From NCBI RefSeq assembly GCF_006345805.1, contig NC_043002.1, positions 114,700,001-114,764,000 of the forward strand: a stretch of DNA of 64,000 nt, given 5' to 3'. Numbering within the stretch: position 1 is the first letter of the stretch; each line of letters opens with the position of its first letter. The notes below the pieces were generated by a model. That model was given only the letters and a program-made list of their open reading frames with translations. It searched no databases and was not told where the DNA came from. Below are positions 1 through 11,739 of the stretch, in pieces. This DNA comes from Octopus sinensis (Eukaryota). Position numbers and translations under genes: made by a program.

Positions 1-99
1 CCCTATTCGTTACTTGTATAGAGTCCTGTAACTTTACGCCCCTCCTCCTCCCTTACTTACGCCTTTAGCTTTCTGTTGCTTACAAGAGCGTTCTACCCC

Positions 100-715
100 C
101 CCTCCATGAATTTCCCTTATAGTCTATATGGATACAAGTGATTTTTGCATGCGAGCAAGATTGCGTATACATATGTGTACATGCATTTGTGTGTATATTT
201 TCATTTTGCATTTATATGTCTGTATATGTATGTGGTCTGCGTACATCTATCAGTGTACGTTGATGTATATATATGTATATTAATAGTTTAGTATGAGTAT
301 GTACTGTTGTGAAATATTTTAATATATTTTAATATTTTAATTTCAATTTTTATGTATTAATTATATTTTCTGCATTATTAATGGCAATATGAATTTGAAC
401 CAAAGATTCGATTTAAAGTTTTTCATCGATTTTTATAGTTTTATATTTTATATTGAACTCATTTATTTGTTTTGTTTAATTTTTGTTTATCGCTCGCATA
501 TGAGCGTTATTTGAAAGGACCAATCAAGCAAGTCCATTTTTAATGGTGTAACGTTTATACTAGTCTTGATAGAATTGTCATATCGGTTCAATTTTAACAA
601 AACTGTCTGACGAACGGGAACGTGAAACTCCGAGTAACAGGTATTGTTGAGTTCTGCTGTTTTTAAATAAAGTATATATACATTATACATATATATGTTT
701 ATGTATATAAACACA
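100..715 (+). mobile_element. 3' end / pseudo-LTR of a Penelope-like element
   Basis: AT-rich tail, then a hammerhead (594-650), AATAAA at about 665 and termination at (TA)n. Same family as 52236-52308. 5' boundary uncertain. Confidence 0.55.
594..650 (+). ncRNA. Minimal type-I hammerhead ribozyme (GUA site)
   Basis: ttaaca-aaa-ctgt CTGACGA ACG-ggaa-CGT GAAA CTC-c-GAG TA acag-gtat-tgttga. Core intact, stem I with an internal loop, palindromic stem III. Predicted cut after A636. Confidence 0.85.
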
Positions 716-726
716 TGTATACATGC

Positions 727-729
<3 letters not shown>

Positions 730-796
<67 letters not shown>

Positions 797-822
797 GCAT
801 ATATATACTTGCATATACTATA

Positions 823-852
<30 letters not shown>
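730..852. repeat. (TA)n microsatellite (interrupted)
   Basis: Directly visible; one of dozens of TA/CA/TATG/GATA arrays in the window. Confidence 0.95.
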
Positions 853-853
<1 letters not shown>

Positions 854-1989
854 CACTAGAGTCAACAGGTGAGATCAGAGATTTTCGGTATAGAAAACAC
901 TTAATAACGCTCAAATAATTCGAACATAGATTTCGATGTCTTTACGAGGTACCAATTCCGTGGGATGAAGAGTGGCTATAATGTATATATATAAATATAT
1001 ATTCTTTTATTCTTTTCAAAACCTAGGTGTTATATTTAATGTGTTTATCCACACAATTGTCTCCCTGTACCTGTTATATAGATATACACGCATACACACA
1101 AACATACACATGCACATATATATTCCCTTTTCACTATTTTGACAAGGAAAACTTCGTATCAATATTGGAGTGAAACAAGGTGTGAAGTTTATGCTTTCCT
1201 TAATGTTTATTTATTAACGTAAATAGATTAGTGCAAACTGAAATACGAAACTATGTTGCAGGCTTGGTTAGTCGATATTTTGTTCACCCTACAAATTTAT
1301 TAGATGTTAAAAACACATTTTGATCAAACACACAAAAGGGACCTATCTGTCTTGAGAATATGGTAATATTATTCTGTTCCAAGTGTATTAGCGGTTTATG
1401 AGAAGTGAAACCGGATATTCAAATCAGATCATGGATTGTGTTACTGGAGCTAAACATTCAATGTTCATTATAATCACTCAAAAAAGCCAAAAAGAAAAAT
1501 ATATATATTTATTTCAAATATAAACTGTTGTTGAGCATTGTTTTCTGGATTTAAGGTGGAAGAGTAGTTTCCATGATACTTTTCAGAGTTTTTCTTGGAG
1601 ATTTAGACTACTTTAAGAAGAAATTTTCCTCGCACTTGAAAAATGGCTCGAATACTTACAAGAAATTAGGATCGGTTAAGGCACCCACAGACCAGGTAAT
1701 GGTATAAAATCGGCCGGTAGATTAACCTTGCAGTCCAATGTGTGTAAGGCGCTATGTGTTCGAGTTTCATCTGGAACATAGTTTCAGTTATGTTTCTTGT
1801 AAACTTTTATGTTGACGTTCATATTTAAGCGATGTTTAGTCGTAAATAAATACTTTTCATTACACGTCACAATTATAATCATACCACAGTGCGGAATCTC
1901 GGGCAAGGTTATTCAATTATATATGCAGGCAGACCAATAACTTGAGAGTGCATCTGGTGAACGCAAAGTGCGTGGAAGCTCGTTCGGTT

Positions 1990-2205
1990 ACTCCGGCCAT
2001 GTAAACTTACACATGCTTTTCTCGAATTATTCTTTTTCTTCTCTCCGAAACTTTCCTCTTTCCTAATCCTCATGAAGAGCCACGCTCGAAACACCACACC
2101 CGCTCATCTTTGCATCTTAAACTGAGTGTCAGTCTAATACATTCATTGGGCACATCTTTTGACTTTTGCTATTTTTCTTTTTGTATTTTTGATTTGCCGG
2201 TATAT
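1990..2205 (+). mobile_element. Decayed PLE pseudo-LTR with inactive hammerhead remnant
   Basis: CTCATGA A GAGC-cac-GCTC GAAA at 2069-2091 (G5C, no NUH triplet). Flanks resemble the reverse complement of 24277-24470. Ends at (TA)n. Confidence 0.45.
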
Positions 2206-2641
2206 ATAATATATATATATATATGAGCTTAGAGATAAAAAGGGAATATTTGTTGTTCACTCGGATAAGACTGGAAACTTGTACAATCTGGATATAAATT
2301 ACTACCATGAACTTTTGAAAACAAAAAGAAATTACAAAAAGAGTTTGTTAAGAACTACTGACTTAATTTCTAAAAAGTTATGGACAATTATAAATTGGAT
2401 GATAGAAGTGAACCTTTCATTTTTAAAAGACCGAGAATCATTTTAAAGGATCACAAGGAAAATGTTTATAATAACCCTAAAGTAAGATTGATTTGCCCAG
2501 GAAAATCTGATCTGGGTAGACTTAGTAAAGCTATTTTAGATAAATACATGTCGCAGTTCTATATTTGAGAGCTGAGGAAATATGCACATTATTTACATTA
2601 TTTACATTTGACGGATATATGTCCTCGTCTTGTTTGTTATT

Positions 2642-2687
2642 AACACAACATTTCGGCTGATATATTTTCCAGCCTTCATCAGGTGTC
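2642..2687 (-). ncRNA. Minimal hammerhead ribozyme, near-intact (GUU site)
   Basis: Minus strand: gacac CTGATGA A GGCTG-gaaaatatat-CAGCC GAAA TG TT gtgtt. Extra A after A9; stem III is ATGT instead of ACGT. Confidence 0.7.
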
Positions 2688-2725
2688 TTGGGAAAATTTC
2701 GAACCCAAGTTCGAATTTTCCCCAA

Positions 2726-2771
2726 GATACCTGATGAAAGCTAGAGAGTATATCAGCCGAAACGTTGAATT
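2726..2771 (+). ncRNA. Decayed hammerhead (other arm of the fold-back)
   Basis: CTGATGA A AGCTA..CAGCC GAAA CG TT; stems I and II mismatched. Confidence 0.45.
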
Positions 2772-4516
2772 AAAAACAAACAAGTTGATGAGAAATATCC
2801 GTCAAATGTAAATATTGTTAATATAATACATATCGGTTCTTAAAGAAAAGATTACAACTCTGGTATAATACCTGGGGCTCTGGTATAATACCTTTGAGGT
2901 AATAGAACCATGGGCTGTGCAGATTTTGCCCAAGTTACAGATTTAGTTGGTATCTATATTCTTTTTATCTTAGGAAGGGATTCTCCTGAAATTGCGGGAG
3001 GCTTATATAGGGATGATTTGGAAACTATGTAATAGGAAACTGGAACTATATAAGAAGAAATTTTACAGATTTTAAAAGAGTTTCGGAGTTAATTTCATAG
3101 ATGTTAGTGTCAATCTCATTACTTGAAACAATAAGCCTAAGTCCAATCTCAAGTATATAAATGTCGAAAGTAATCATCCTGCTTCTGTAAAAAATTTCTT
3201 CGGTTTATAATATCTCTAAAAGAATTTCCAATGTATCGTCTAATAAGGATATTATTGACAAAAATGCTGAATTTTATAATGTGGCACTCATCAAAGCTGG
3301 GTATAAACTAAAATTGAAGTATTATCCTAAAAATATGAATATCAGTATCTCTAAAAAAATGGATATTTCTCATGTTAGTAAACGTTTTAAACAAACTGCC
3401 AGGAATTTGAATAAGGGTAGATAAAGTTAAATGTCCAAATGAGAAAAATGATATACAAAGTACGTTCTTCTATTTATCCTCATGCGGTTAGGAATATGAA
3501 TAATAGAGTAAAAAAACGTACTCCGAAAATTTGAAAATCATAATGCATCTCCAGATAAGAACGACATTATTTGGTTTATAATTCCATTCGCTAAGCAAAT
3601 TAAGATAAATTTGGTTGGAGCCTTATACAAACTTTTTACGAAACACTTTACAAAGGAAAATAGATATTATGATACCATTAACCCTAGACTTTTTAAAGTT
3701 GCTTTTTCTGTATCAAATAATTTGTCCCAGATTATTTTTTCAGTTAACGAAAAAAATCATCTAAAGTTTATAATAATTACAAGCGTATTAAATGCAACAA
3801 AGGTAATGCTCGTAGAATAAATGGTGGGAAGAAATGTGTACTAAAGTCGTCTAGTATACAAGAGGAAACAACCCAATTAAATCCCATCTAAACTTCTTGA
3901 ATATAGGTAATATAGCAAATAGAAATTATACTTAAGGTAATGATATAAAACAGAATAATAATACGAGTAGTAATGAAAATATATTTTATGATTGCAAGGA
4001 TTGAAGTAAATGTTTGTTTAAGAATTATTGTAAAGAAAACAATGTCGTTCACAGATGTAAAATAAAATTTACATCTGTAAATATAAGCACTAAAGAATGC
4101 TTAGTAGATATAATATTGAGAGTATCATTGCGATTGCCATAAATTCTATTAACTTTGTTTCTCATGAATATGTAGAAAATTTATTAAAGTAAGTTAGAGA
4201 TGAACGTATTGATTCATAGTGGTTCTAGCCTTAGTAATTTTTTTAATATTAAAAAAAAATATCAATTATATTTAGTAAACGTTTACGTTTTCTTTTGTCT
4301 ACATAGTAGTTATGACCATAACTTCTGACCACAAATATGAATGACGCGATGATGTACTATGATGAGTAATTAACTGCTTTTGATACGTCATATTTTTGTT
4401 GGCTCCCGTATTTTAACAAACGCACGTGCTGTTACATGATGAATGTTACTGCTCTCCCTCCTCCACTCTCTCTCTCAACGTATTTCTACCTTTCTTTTTT
4501 CTTTCAATCACTCTTA

Positions 4517-4548
<32 letters not shown>

Positions 4549-4914
4549 TTCGCCAGCTATAACACCTAGTTCACCCTAACTGCGCACACAACTATATCAT
4601 ACATATTTGTTTATAAATATATATAAATATATTCATAACTGTTTTTTTAAAATACATATTACCAAAACGCACACATCTCAGTCTGTCAAGGGTCCGCCTA
4701 CACATTGGAATGTAAGTCCTTTCTGGAAATTCTCCCTTGATGAAATACTCAATTAACCAGTTTCAATATGAAAATTTTATATTAATTTAATTTAATTTCT
4801 CTAATTGAAATAAGTGGATATGGAAACGGCTGTAGGAAATTTCATATCATATTGATTTGAATATCTTTGAATAAACTGTTGTCAATACCTCAATTTCTCC
4901 ATTTACTTATTTTT

Positions 4915-4956
<42 letters not shown>

Positions 4957-4957
<1 letters not shown>

Positions 4958-5215
4958 TTATGAGAGGTAATGGGGTCAGTAGGACCCAAAGGTGTCAAGT
5001 AATGCTGAGTAAGTGCTATGGACAGATCATAGTTAAGCCCCAGGTTCGCTGATTATGCAAATAAGGCGTCCAACGTAGGTCATATATCAGCTTGTGTCTA
5101 TATATCACTTTTTTTCGTAATGAGATAAAAAAACCAAGGCTGTGAAGATTTTAGAACATTTATAAATAGGTCTTACAGCTGTTTCCAGGATATTTATTAT
5201 ATATATCCCTTCATC
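4957..5215 (-). mobile_element. PLE-type pseudo-LTR tail with 5'-clipped hammerhead (5169-5215)
   Basis: Minus strand: GATGA A GGGATAT..ATATCCT G GAAA CAGCTG TA AGACC, tail ending at (TA)n near 4955. Confidence 0.5.
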
Positions 5216-5217
5216 CA

Positions 5218-5289
5218 ATGAAGTCCGCTCCGGCATCTCATCAGTTATTAAGACCTTAATAACTGATGAGATGCCGGAGCGGACTTCAT
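5218..5289. repeat. Perfect 34-bp hairpin, 4-nt loop
   Basis: atgaagtccgctccggcatctcatcagttattaa-gacc-ttaataactgatgagatgccggagcggacttcat. Confidence 0.95.
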
Positions 5290-5319
5290 CTTCGGTATCT
5301 GAAACTCTGAGTTTTATTA
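5257..5319 (+). ncRNA. Type-I hammerhead with extra U before G12 (GUU site)
   Basis: taataa CTGATGA GATGCCGGAG-loop-CTTCGGTATC T GAAA CTC-t-GAG TT ttatta; 6-bp stem I, 10-bp stem II. Confidence 0.7.
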
Positions 5320-5366
5320 TGACAACCAACTAGTTGTCACATATTATATACATACATACATATTAT

Positions 5367-5788
5367 GGGCGCAGTCGTGGGGCTGTGTAGTAAGAAGCTT
5401 GCTTCCCAGCCACATTATTCCAGGTTCATTCCCTCTGTACGGCACCTTGGGCAAGTGTCTTCTAATCTATCCTCGGGTCGACCACAGCCTTGTAAGTGGA
5501 TTTGGTAGACGGAAACTGAAAGAAGCCCGTCGTAGATGTGTTTTGTGTGTGTGTGTGTGTGTTCATATTTATGTCCGTATGTGTCTGTGATTCTCCACTC
5601 GCCATCGCTTGACAACCAATGCTGGTGTTTTATGCCCCCGTAACCTAATGATTCGACAGAAGAAACCGATAGAATAAGTACTAAGCTTACAAGGAATAAG
5701 TCCTGGAGTCGATTTTTTCAGACTAAAGCCCTTTAAGGCGGTGCTCCAGCATGGCTGCAGTCAAATTACAGAAACAAATAAAAGAAAA
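5367..5788 (+). mobile_element. tRNA-derived SINE, family B
   Basis: Head ggcgcag..gctgtg..gcttgcttcc; body gcaccttgggcaagtgtcttc/ggaaactgaaagaagcccgtcg; tail cagtc..gaaacaaataaaag. More than 10 related copies in the window. Confidence 0.85.
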
Positions 5789-6666
5789 TATATATTTACA
5801 TATATAAATCGGAACCCAGCATGGATCCAGTCTACGGACTGAAACAACTAAGAGATAAAAGATATAGATAGTCTTTAGATATATGAATGTCTGAAGTGAC
5901 GGATGAAAATATTGTGGTATTTTGTTACGTCCCTTCCAGTTAATTATTCAAATCCTGCTGAGGTTCAAAGGGCAGCGGGTTGGCAGATTGACATCAGTGA
6001 AATGAATTAAGTTGTAACAGAAGAATATTTTTGTCTCTCGTATTCTGGGATCGATCGGTCTAATCAGCTGTTTCTTCCTTCAAATTTGTGACCTTCTGCT
6101 TACAATAGCAGTTCGTATATAGTATGCATGTTATTTACCATTCCGTGTTCATGAATGGGAATCATAAAATCCGCCCCCACCCCCAATTAAAAAGAAGAAA
6201 ATAATGCTTGTAAAACAACATCAGAAAAATTCCTTCGTAAATCAATCGAAGTAGAGAGTGGCATCCATGCTATAATAATACGTATAAGGGATAGGGTTTC
6301 CTGTGTAATCATATCTTTCAACGAATAGATAATAAGGTTTACGCAAGCTTACGCACACACACACGCGCACACACACACACACAAACACACACACACAAAC
6401 AAACACACACACATGCACACACACAAACAAACACACACACACACGCACGCACACACACACACACTGACAAACACATACACACACACAAACAAACACATAC
6501 ACATGCACACACACATGCACACACACACACACTCATAAGCGCGCGTATATACGCATGCATGTATGTGTGTGTCTATATATATATACATTTATACATACAT
6601 ACATATATATGTATATATATCTCTGTGTGTGTGTGTGTATACATGTATGTATACATACACACTCCT

Positions 6667-7086
6667 AGGCGTAGGAGTGGTTGTGTGGTAAGTAGCTTGC
6701 TTACCAACCACATAGTTCCGGGTTCAGTCCCAGTGCGTGGCACCTTGGGCAAGTGTCTTCTGCTATAGCCTCGGGCCGACTAAAGTGGATTTGGTAGACG
6801 GAAACTGAAAGAAGCCAGTCGTATGCATCTGTGTATGTGTATGTGTATGCGTGTGTGTGACTTTGTGTCTGTGTGTGTCGCCCAATCACTGTGTGATTAA
6901 GTCCCTGTAACTAAGTGGTTCGGTATAAAAAGAAGATAGAATAAGTCCTAGGCTTAAGATATAAGACCTGGGGCGGATTTGTTCGGCCAAAAAGTAACCC
7001 CCCGCCCAAAAAAAACAACAACACAACAACAACAACAAAATCTCATCAAGACAGAGGTCCAGTCAAATGACTGAGACAAATAAAGG
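6667..7086 (+). mobile_element. SINE family B
   Basis: Homologous to 5367-5788. Confidence 0.85.
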
Positions 7087-7139
7087 AATATACATGTGGA
7101 CTGAATGCGTATGAATGTGTTGTTTACCTCCCTCCATCC

Positions 7140-7190
<51 letters not shown>

Positions 7191-7191
7191 C

Positions 7192-7222
<31 letters not shown>

Positions 7223-7414
7223 TGTATGTATGTATGTATGTATGTATGTATATTTGGTTAAATACTAGCGTATCCTGTTTGAAGGGCTTCAATCGCGCAT
7301 ATCGACGTATTTTAGTCTGCGATCGTGAATTCGTACAGCAAAGTTTACAGGATATAAATGGACGCAACAACACAACACCGAATTTTACAGCAGTAAAAAT
7401 ATAAACACGTGTGT

Positions 7415-7640
7415 GTGATCTGCTGGTTTTGGTGTATAGCACATGATCATAAAGTTGTGAGTTCCATTTCTGAACCGGGTGTGCTGTTGTGTCCTTGGAG
7501 TAAGGCGCTTCATTTCAAATGTCCGCAGTCTAAGTTACTCAGCTGTAAAATAGTATGAACTGATATCTGGGACAGTTTTCCACTCTCTCAAAAGGAATCA
7601 ATCACATTCTTGGCGTTGAGGGTGAGTGTCTGCAGAGCGG
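7415..7640 (+). mobile_element. Degenerate tRNA-derived SINE (family C-like)
   Basis: Weak similarity to 18714-18960 and 48616-48935 (gttgtgtccttg, cagctgtaaaat). Confidence 0.4.
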
Positions 7641-7939
7641 CAGGGTCAAGAAAGCATCTCATATCTGTTCATAACAGGACTTACGTAAGCACCAAAATCG
7701 ATTAGTAAAAACATACAAGACCAAGCCACACTCGATTGCGAGGGACGGCAGGCTGCACGAAACTGTCTGTCTGTCTGTATGCATGTAAGTACGCATGCAT
7801 ACATACACACACACACACGTGCACATACACACACACACACACACACCATGAATATTATGGAAAGACGTCTGTCATGATTTTTCTATTAAACTCAATATTC
7901 ACATCCTGTCATATATAGATTCCCAATAGCCCCAAAATT

Positions 7940-7978
<39 letters not shown>

Positions 7979-8040
7979 ATACATATATACACATATATAT
8001 ATGCATATGTATATGTAAGCATGTGGTGGCTTAGCTGGCT

Positions 8041-8150
8041 GAAACTTCGAAGTCACTGTGAATACTATTCTTGTTAAAGAATAAGAAATCTGTACCCTAC
8101 CAAATGTATTGAGTAAACCTTCAGCTTAATTTGAAATTGTATCCCTTATA
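8041..8150 (+). repeat. Dispersed repeat, second copy at 43040-43155
   Basis: Shared ttcgaa-tcactgt...ccaaatgtattgagtaa-ccttcag-ttaattt. Confidence 0.6.
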
Positions 8151-8154
8151 CCAT

Positions 8155-8254
8155 NNNNNNNNNNNNNNNNNNNNNNNNNNNNNNNNNNNNNNNNNNNNNN
8201 NNNNNNNNNNNNNNNNNNNNNNNNNNNNNNNNNNNNNNNNNNNNNNNNNNNNNN
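8155..8254. other. Assembly gap (100 N)
   Basis: Run of N. Confidence 1.
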
Positions 8255-10311
8255 TTCATTTTCATCAAAACTGTGGTCTCTCAAAACTTGTTGGCATATA
8301 TAAGACAATATACAAACAGATATACACGCACGTGTCTGTGTGTGTATGTGAGCGTGTATTTTAAATTGTCATGATTTTCATCACTTATCAGGTGCGGAAA
8401 CAAGTATACTAAGCAAACACGTGTCTCAGAATTGGTAGAAGTATGAGGATTTCACACTAACTACTCTTCCCTTATTTCCAAGTTTAAATTAAACAGAGGC
8501 TTACTAGAATCTTCATATTTTAAAACTCGATAAAAACAAAAGCTCCAGTTATTTTTTTAAAAATAGATTGACCCTGTAAATGTGGTCCTTTTTCAATATT
8601 GTAAAAAGAAAAATTTCCACATATTATCAATTTCAACCAACAAAAGTTGATTCAGTCGACTATATCGCAGTTAAATTTGTATCTGCTGGAAAAATAAAAA
8701 CCAACTTATATTTCATTCAATGCTAGAACTGTAGACAATCAAAGAATCATTTAGAATTTTCAGAGAACCTTTTCGGTATCTTGTGCCTGTGACGCAAAAC
8801 TGTTGTGTCAATAAGCGTTATCTTCGCTTATTGATACTTCCTTGGTCGACAATAATTTTTGATTAGACAAGATTGAAAGAGTTTGTATTATTCTTATTTC
8901 GATGTTTCAGTTTCATAAAATATCAATGGAAAACGTCATGAAGCACAATATAAGTTCTTGACACTTCAAGATTGCGAATCCGATTGGGATTCTAAAACCG
9001 TAATCCAAAAGATGAATATGCATTCTTGACCTTTAGGGATTACATGCATCAGTCAACAAGGAATCACACCTATTGACCATTTTCAACAAAATCTGAGGTG
9101 AACTGAAGTATATGTAATTAAGTGCCCTACCACAAAACACGAAATGTCAATCTCTCGACGCATGAACCTATCCATTCATTCCGTTCAAGCTAGCTATACA
9201 AATAAGTGGATTGAACGATTATTCACTCATGACCATACACATGGCACGCGTATTTTAACAAACAATGCTTATGATAACGTTACTCAAATACATGAAAAAT
9301 TCATTCAAATGAAATCCACAAATCTTTATATTGTTTAACATTGATATCCAAATCCTGTCACAATTAATTCTATTTTCGATCTAAAATATATTTCAGAATA
9401 CACTTTGATAGTTTCTCCCATTCGGCACAACATTAAAAGACATTATCTGTTTAATGCTCTGCCGAGCGCGTATAAAGATCCAATCAGTTTTTCATTCATG
9501 CTGCATCTGTGATTTACATTAACTAGAGTATGCGTTATTTTTAGGACAGCATCGTTAGCTCAATATACGTAAATTTTAAATATCGCTGAGATACAACAGA
9601 TTTTAGAAGAAATTCTTTGGACATCAATAATTTGTAGTCTCGTTTACTTTCATTGCTGAAAATAGTGTTCTTCACTACTTGATTCTTTCAAGCAATTAAA
9701 AGAAAACTTTAATTCCGTTTCTAATCTTTGCACAAGCTGGTCATTATCCGTATGAATATCCAAGATGTTTAACTGTCTCCAGAATGTATCTATTAGCGAG
9801 CAAAATTAGCTAATGAAATAGTACTCTTATTTTCTATCTATTTCTATGCTTAAACTATATTCTGCATCATCTACAAAACAGAAGATTGTTTCAGAATTCC
9901 CTGAATAAAATAAATTTCAAACGAATTATTGCATTTAAGTCTTGTGAAAATATTTGTTGATGCAGGTTGTTTTCAGTTTATATTTCTACATCGTAACAGT
10001 TGTTTTCGTAGAGTTTAGAAACATTCGAATCATAGCACTGAAACGTTAGACACCGATCATGGATATCTATCATGTACTTTATCCTCTCTGAATTTCAGAG
10101 GCAGTATTCATGTCATAAACCGCTACTATATATACGTATAATGCTATAACGTTTGAGTTGGTAAGAAGAGTTTTGATGTACGATTGTAGTCTTCTAATAC
10201 AGAGGCTTATATTATTGCTTGTACACTTTAAGCAAACACAGTTGGTTTTCATAGAAAGGACAAGCAGCTGAGTTTGGATAAAGCGTATACACATTTGTAT
10301 ACATGAACACA

Positions 10312-10349
<38 letters not shown>

Positions 10350-10404
10350 CACACACACACACATATATATGTAAGTATATATACCTACATATATATACCT
10401 ACAT

Positions 10405-10640
10405 ATATATAAAAGTATTAATAAAATTGGAGATGAATGTGTAATAGACTTTATTGGTTACAACATATGTTTCGACACGTTCTGGGTCTCTTCAGGTACA
10501 TCAATAAAAATCTCCAAATTGGCGTTTTGCTGAGAATTTTTTCTTGAGAAGACATTCTTCGTGATAATGGTGATTTGACGTCTATGTTTAGCATATAGGG
10601 TGTCCACTTCGGAGGTCATTCCTCTAAATGTTGTATGTAT
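10405..10640 (-). mobile_element. Solo PLE-type pseudo-LTR fragment between TA-rich arrays
   Basis: Contains a hammerhead followed by AATAAA on the minus strand. Confidence 0.55.
10450..10508 (-). ncRNA. Minimal type-I hammerhead ribozyme (GUU site)
   Basis: Minus strand: tttattg-atg-tac CTGAAGA GAC-ccagaacgt-GTC GAAA CATATG TT gta-ac-caataaa; bulged 3+7-bp stem I, palindromic stem III. Confidence 0.8.
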
Positions 10641-10689
10641 TATATATATATATATGTGGTGTGGTGTGTGTGTGTGTGTTCTGCTATTA

Positions 10690-10870
10690 TTTTACTTGTT
10701 TCAGTCATTTAACAGCAGCCATGCTGCGTTTTACTCAAAATCAGCCCCAGGATTTATTATTTTAGGCTTGGTACTTTTTGTATCAGTTATTTTGCCAAAC
10801 CACTAAGTTACGGCGATGTGAACACCCCAAAACCGGTTGTCAAGTGGTGATTGGGCGCAAATACACACAC
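10690..10870 (-). mobile_element. SINE family B 3' fragment
   Basis: ttttacttgtttcagtcatt tail. Confidence 0.75.
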
Positions 10871-10966
10871 ACACACAACCCCCACGTATATAAATACATA
10901 TATATATTTACATACATATATATATATATATACATACATATATATAATATATATATATATATATAT

Positions 10967-11052
<86 letters not shown>

Positions 11053-11361
11053 ATATATATATAATATATATATAGATATATATATATATATACATACAAA
11101 TTTAGCAATTAAGGACAACTACTTAATAAGGAAAACTTAACAAGAAATGGTCAGGTAGATAGCGTGAAAACCTCATAAGAAAAAAATTTCGAAAATAATT
11201 ATTTCTTATTGAACATATTAATTTATATAGAGGGCTTATCATCCATGCCAGATGGCATTATACATACATGCCACAGGCTAAGAGGACATTTAGTCATTTC
11301 TACCAAAAATATTACTACTCCCACCGAAGCAATTTTTCAAAGAAAGACATTTAAAAAATAT

Positions 11362-11409
11362 AGACCTGTATCACAGTGATTTCATACTTACGTATTCATC
11401 AGCAGGCCT
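11362..11409 (-). ncRNA. Type-I hammerhead ribozyme (AUA site), left arm
   Basis: Exact reverse complement of 11692-11739. Confidence 0.85.
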
Positions 11410-11691
11410 GGATGTATCATACATAAACGACCTGCTCGCTTAAGTAAAGCCGATCAGCTAACTGATCAACATCAACGAAGCACATGGGTGAGTTTACTAT
11501 ATTACATCCTGTAAATGTCGGACTTTTACGAATTGCATTTCGGAAAGGAATTCCTTTCCCGAAATGCAATTCGTAAAAGTCCAACATTTTACAGGATGTA
11601 ATATATGTAAACTCACCCATGTGCTTCGTTGATGTTGATCAGTTAGCTGATCGGCTTAAGCGAGGCAGGGTCGTTTATGTATGATACATCC

Positions 11692-11739
11692 AGGCCTGCT
11701 GATGAATACGTAAGTATGAAATCACTGTGATACAGGTCT
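11692..11739 (+). ncRNA. Type-I hammerhead ribozyme (AUA site), right arm
   Basis: aggcctg CTGATGA ATAC-gtaa-GTAT GAAA TCAC-t-GTGA TA caggtct; 7-bp stem I, GNRA-capped stem II. Predicted cut after A11732. Confidence 0.85.

Larger units (their letters stand above)
2600..2813. repeat. Imperfect fold-back (about 100-bp arms) of a PLE pseudo-LTR fragment
   Basis: atttacatttgacggatat...atatccgtcaaatgtaaat, centre near cgaa-cccaag-ttcg (about 2705). Confidence 0.9.
2226..4192 (+). pseudogene. Decayed Penelope-like element ORF (RT + C-terminal GIY-YIG), internally deleted
   Basis: Manual translation gives VVHSDKTGNLY, LKDHKENVYNNPKVRLICPGKSDLGRLSKAILD, MGCADFAQVTDLVGIYIL..GLYRDD, YINVESNHPASV, IIWFIIPF..INLVGALYKLFTKHF and a degenerate Cys linker/endonuclease, with many stops and frameshifts. 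Motifs match PLE RTs and resemble the C-terminal-EN, (TA)n-associated Hydra clade (clade call needs phylogeny). Confidence 0.8.

Noticed and set aside
4735-4850. Possible hammerhead TTGATGA...GAAACGGCTGTAGGA after the PLE ORF
   Set aside because: It resembles the 5169 family, but stems I and II cannot be paired convincingly.
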